Source: Macrostomum hystrix (Eukaryota; Animalia; Platyhelminthes). From it: a stretch of 64,000 bases of DNA. Below are positions 58,976-64,000 of the stretch, in pieces; the first letter of the stretch is position 1, and each line of letters opens with the position of its first letter. Both the position numbers and the translations under genes were made by a program. The DNA lies in assembly GCA_950097015.1 (NCBI GenBank), contig CATNEN010000002.1:5642001-5706000 (forward strand), read 5' to 3'. Below the pieces are notes generated by a model. The model was not told the DNA's origin. It worked only from the letters and a program-made list of their open reading frames with translations, and did no database searches.

Positions 58976-60478
58976 AATTCGCCACATAATGCGCAAATGT
59001 CCATAAAAAATTGAAGCACCAAAGTAGAAAGATTTCAGAGAAATTATGTAAGTCTTTAGATATTTCTGTTCTAACTTATCTTGAAGTGATTCATGCATGA
59101 ATGACAACGGGGTAGATAATTGGATAAGACCAAACTGACCAAATTTTATTCTACATCTGTTCTGGACAACGTGAGCGAAAATCTACATAGTTCAGGTTAA
59201 TCAAATACGAGCAGTTTATAACAAACAACAAAAACTGTCTTTAAATTGAATTTGAAGATTGCCAAAAATAATTAGAATGCAGATTGGAAATATTATTACA
59301 GAACAGATCTGAGACAAATGGAAACTTTTATTCAATTTAAAATACGAAGCCAGACAATTACAATAAACTTTCTGACAAGAAAAAACTATTTTAGTTTGAA
59401 AATAAAAAAGTGAAGTAAAAAGTATTTTCTGCAGTCCAAGTTACAGTGAGTTAAAAATAAAATTAAGGTATAGAAAATAAAACACTTAGCTCCTGCTATT
59501 ATAAGAGAAGTTTGCAGCAAAAACGAAAATGAAATAAAATTAGTTTCACACAGGCCTCTAATACTACTGACGAGTGGGTGATAGTAGCTATGCGTTGCGC
59601 GATATGCAAGGTGAGAGACAAACAAATATTTAAAGCTTGAAGAGATAGGTAAAGCATAGTTTAGTGTTAGGTAACCTTATTAATTGCCCCAACATCAATT
59701 CCAGCTTTTTTTGAGCAAAAATGGCCAGATCGCACTAATACGGTCAATGCTAAGTGAAAGTTGCCGAAAAGCGTTTGGCAGTTAGGATCAGGATCAGGAT
59801 CAGGATCAGGATCAGGATTTAAAGCGACGGATCTTGCGAATTTTACTTGCTTGGAAAACAGGCAAAATAATGAAAATCTAAATTTGGAAAGCAGAGGAAA
59901 AAGCTCAAAGATTAAACAACGGACAAAGAAGATTGTACTCTCTACATTCGTTTTATATTAATAATAAAAATAAATAACTCGAGTCCATTTGCTCATCTGC
60001 CTACTGAGTTAGTAGCGAATAAACATTTTATATGGTGAAGTTTTATATAATCAACAGACCTGTCAATTAAATTAAATCGTGTCAAACCATGTTTAGTCTA
60101 TGGCCTGGTAACAACAGGTCCAATTATCGAGTGCTATGGGCGCGAGAAAGTCCGGTAGCTGGACAACGAACTCAGGAATAAACTAACCAACAAATTTTTC
60201 AAAGATAATTTTTACACAGGAAAATATCAGAATGTCAATACTTGTCTGTACAAAACAGGTGGCAAAGAATCAAATGTCTCGATTCACAGAAGTTAGCGGA
60301 AAAAACAGGTTGCGACAAAGAGAGCTAAATCTTATTTGAGATATTTATCGCATTGGAGGACAAACGATACCAGGGCCAACACTTGGCTATTTAAAGTAGG
60401 TAAGGTTGAGAATTTACATTGCTAACCATCAAATGTACCGCAGTTGTTTCCATAGACAACCTTGCTGACTGACATACT

Positions 60479-63400
60479 CTACTGCTGCTGCTGCTGCTGC
60501 AGACGATCGCGCCTCTGATGCTGCTGCTGAGAGGACTGCTGAGGAAATGACATTGTCGAACTTGGCGAATTAGTCGGCGAACTGTTTGACGAAGTCGACG
60601 AAGCAGGTGACGGTGACAGAGCCGTGCAGGCTGACGGCAGCGGCAGCGGGGTACAATGAGCCAGCACAATGTCTCGAATCCAGGCGCTGCACTGCGGCGG
60701 CAGCTGGCGGCCGCTCTTGGCAAACGCAGCCGCTGAAAGGCAGGCGAGGCGGCTGAACCGGGCAGACCGGAGCAGCGAGACGAGGCCGGCCGAACTGTCG
60801 GCTGTCTCGGAGCCGGCGGTCAGGAGCAGCTCGGCCAGCGCTGACCGGCCGGTGCCATTTGGCGCGTCAGCGTGCGCCCCGGCCTCCAGCAGGGCGGCCA
60901 CTGCGCCGTGGCTGCGCGCTCTGGTGGCCAGGTGAAGCGGCGTGTCGCCATCGCGATTTCGAGCGTCAGGATTCGAACCCAGGCGCAGCAGCAGCCGCAC
61001 GGTGGCCGAGCAGGGCAACTGAGTGGCCGGGTAGCGCTCGGTGATACGCGAGCGACGGCTCGACTGGGGAATAAAAGAGAGCACATTTGAGTCACGTGAC
61101 TGTTAGACAATCTAACTAATGGGCTACGTGTCTTACAAGTGAACTTGAATGTCACGTGACTTATTGGTTGAATCCCACGTGACCTATTGGTTGAATCCCA
61201 CGTGAAATATTGTTATATAGTCCCGTGACCCATTGTTAGATAGTCACGTGACCTATTGTTATATAGTCACGTGACCCATTCTTAGATAGCCACGTGACCT
61301 ACTGGTTGATGGTGACGTGGCCTATTGGTTGAATGTCACTTATTATTAGTTGAAGGTCTGGCATAACTCACCTGGCAAGCAAAGTGAATCAGCCTGCAGC
61401 CAGTCAGGGGGCTGGTCACGAGTCGGACATCAAACAGAGCCTGACGAACGGACAATGGCAGGACGGTGTCGGGCGGGTCGTTGTCAAGGGCGGAGGTGCC
61501 GTTGCTAGACGATGCGGCTGCCGACCGCACCAGCAGAGCGGACAGGGTTGCCAGGCACTCCAGCAGGCGATCGGCGTACTGCAACGGCCGCTCGTCTGGA
61601 GAAGCCACTGCGGCGGCGGCAGCGGATGCGACGCTTGCGTCGGGCGACGGCACAGGAGCGACATTTTCAAGGACGATGGCAGCCGAGCTGGGAGTTCTAC
61701 TGGAGACAGCTGTAGAAGACACCACAACAGCTGGCTTCAGAGGAAGTCCGAGCGCGTTGAATGATTTGTCCACTTCCAGAACACAGCGGCAAAGGACCTG
61801 TGAGGACGGTGGCGCGAGTTACTGGTGACTGGAACAACAAAGCAATCACAATAATTCATTGATAAGATGAGGATCTGGGATTGAGTAGATTAAAACCTGG
61901 GATTCAGGAAACGTGGACCTTAGATTGAGGAGATGAGAACATTGGATTGAGAAGACAGGGATCTGGGATTGGGAAGATGAGGATCTGGGATTGAGAAGAT
62001 GGGGATCTGGGATTGAGAAGATGGGGATCTGGGATTGAGAAGATGAGGATCTGGGATTGAGAAGATGAGGATCTGGGATTGAGAAGATGAGGATCTCGGA
62101 TTGAGTAGATGAGGATCTGGGATTGAGTAGACGAGAACATTGGATTGAGTAGATGAGGACCTGGGATTGAGTAGATGAGGATCTGGGAATGAGTAGATGA
62201 GGATCTGGATTGAGTAGATGAGGATCTGGGATTGAGTAGATGAGGATGTGGATTGAGTAGATGAGGATCTGGGAATGAGTAGATGAGGATCTGGATTGAG
62301 TAGATGAGGATCTGGGATTGAGTAGATGAGGATCTGGGATTGAGTAGATGAGGATGTGGATTGAGTAGATGAGGATCTGGATTGAGTAGATGAGGATCTC
62401 GGATTGAGTAGATGAGGATCTGGGATTGAGTAGATGAGGATCTCTGGATTTCGAAAATGAAGATATGGGGTTTTTGAAGATAGGGATGTCAGAGATTTCG
62501 AAATTAATGTACTGGGGATGGCGAAGTTTGGGATCTGGGACAATGTCGTTGAGGATCAGGGATGGCAAAGAAAGGGATTAATGCTATTGATAAATATTCA
62601 AAATTTCCAAAAGACCTCTCAATCTTTTGACCCAGTAGCCAAAATCTCACCTGTCCTAGCACCTCTGTCCACTGAGCAGCCAGCGGTCTGGTATTTGAGC
62701 TGAGCATGAAGGCAAATAGCTCGATAAAATTGTTAAACGAGGCCAAACTGGCCGGGAAGAAAGGGCTGGCGTGACGAAGCTGCAGCTCCAAGGCGTAGAG
62801 CCACAGGCGCAGGCAGCTCTCAAACTGGCCCTGCGATTTGGGCGAAAACAGGCGAAGTTGAAGTTTTAATTAGCGCATATTTCTTAACCCTAATCGCTAA
62901 AAAACTGGCTGAAAAGTGCATAAGACCTAGGCCTACAACGCTTTCAATTTCAAGAGACTGAAGTCCACTTTTGAAGATGCAATTATTTTTTTAACACGTG
63001 ATCAAGTGCTTAGAGTCACATGACCAAGAACTTCGTATCACGTGATCAAGTACTTATAGTCACGTGATCAAGTACTTATAGTCACGTGATCAAGTACTTA
63101 TAGTCACGTGATCAAGTACTTATAGTCACGTGATCAAGTACTTGGAGTCACGTAACCAAGACCTTCTTTGATACCATATTTTACAAGAATAAGTTTAGTT
63201 TATCATCAAAAATAAATAATTCAAAGCGTGTACCTAACGCTTATTTGCAAATCAATCTACTATAAGTAGAAATATGAGCATTTGAGTTAACCAGCGTGAC
63301 TCTGACCTGATCGGCGTATACGGCCCCTCTGTAGCGCATGTAATAGGCCGTGTCCGGATGCCCGGAGCCAAGAATTCTCTCTCGCACCATCAGCGCCTGC

Positions 63401-64000
63401 ATCCTGACAGCTTCAGGGTCGGCGGCGACTTCGTCCAGCTCGGCGGCGGTCTGAAACTCTTTGGCTCCGGCGAAGGCCTGCTCGTGACGCGGCGCGGCGG
63501 ACTTGGGCAGATCCAGACTGTCACGCAGGCGCAGAGCTTTGCGCCAGCGTCGAAGGCCGCTCACCTGAGGATCGCAACAGGTGGGGATTTTTTGGAGGCC
63601 AAAGGTTGCTGGGGTTAGGTGATGATAATATAACAAAGCGAAGGTGTGAAAGCTGATAAAACTGAGGCGTGAAAGCTCATAAATCTGAGATGTGAAACCG
63701 AGTTACTCAAAAGTGACATCTAAAGAAACAAGCCTCTCTACCCACCCAGTCTCTCCGCTTGTCAACCAGGGTGCAGCCCAGCAATTCGATGGCGTGCACT
63801 CGCTCGGCGGGGTCGGGCACCAGCTCCGGGTGGCCGGCAAGGTAGTCCACGATGTTGGCGTGGCCGGAGTTGGCCGCACCAAGAAGCGGGGAGACGCCGT
63901 GAATGTCCGGCCTCAGCTGAGCGCCGCATTCGAGCAGGAGTTTGAGAATGCGCAAGTTGCCACTCTCGGAGGCGTCGTGCAGAGCCGTGTTGCCCTTGGT
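60479..64000 (-). CDS. FEM1: Protein fem-1 homolog (Cullin-2 E3 substrate receptor), 3' part
   Basis: Exons 63746->64000, 63307-63564, 62651-62830, 61372-61797, 60479-61063, all phase 0. KGNTALHDASESG, AIELLGCTLVDKRRD, MQALMVRERILGSGHPDTAYYMRYRGAVYAD, GQFESCLRLWLYALELQ, GDTPLHLA and the C-terminal RLACLSAAAF (VHL-box-like) match recalled FEM1 proteins. Confidence 0.93.
61090..61340. repeat. ~24-bp minisatellite carrying CACGTG and ATTGG motifs
   Basis: fem-1 intron 61064-61371; 7 CACGTG. Confidence 0.85.
61860..62440 (+). repeat. 22-bp minisatellite (GAGGATCTGGGATTGAGTAGAT)n
   Basis: fem-1 intron 61798-62650. Confidence 0.93.
62990..63155. repeat. 22-bp minisatellite (CACGTGATCAAGTACTTATAGT)n
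   Basis: fem-1 intron 62831-63306; 6 CACGTG. Confidence 0.9.

Noticed and set aside
59782-59820. TTAGGAT(CAGGAT)n as an interstitial telomere
   Set aside because: The unit is CAGGAT, not TTAGGG; a short ordinary microsatellite.
545-62440. Hypothesis that arrays are oriented by transcription direction
   Set aside because: G-rich strands are antisense in CCDC180, sense in the V-ATPase gene, and both orientations occur in the tetraspanin.

Overview
Eukaryotic (animal) genomic DNA: intron-rich genes, polyQ/polyA-rich proteins, and long introns filled with minisatellites. This style suggests a free-living flatworm such as Macrostomum (inference, not verified). Eight spliced protein-coding genes were reconstructed by hand with consistent splice phases: (1) CCDC180/CFAP76 (-, <1..11543); (2) an alpha-arrestin nested antisense in one of its introns (+, 2878..4727); (3) V-ATPase V0 subunit a (+, 13425..21160), with an apparent pair of mutually exclusive exons; (4) ANKRD10-like (-, ~25782..29500); (5) a ~1540-aa protein with five ZC3H7/HELZ2-type zinc-finger modules (+, 35118..42236); (6) a forkhead gene, probably FoxAB-like (+, 49447..51763); (7) a tetraspanin with a 1-nt frameshift (+, 52602..57099); (8) fem-1 (-, 60479..>64000). 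About 30 tandem arrays (roughly a third of the window by my tally) account for most of the long ORFs in the track, which are not genes. Also present: two tRNA-derived SINE families (one with a CORE/MIR-like box) and a cluster of three inverted-repeat elements plus a PHD-finger relic at 29.6-33.7 kb. No rRNA, bona fide tRNA or CRISPR. All homology assignments rest on recalled family sequences, not database searches.
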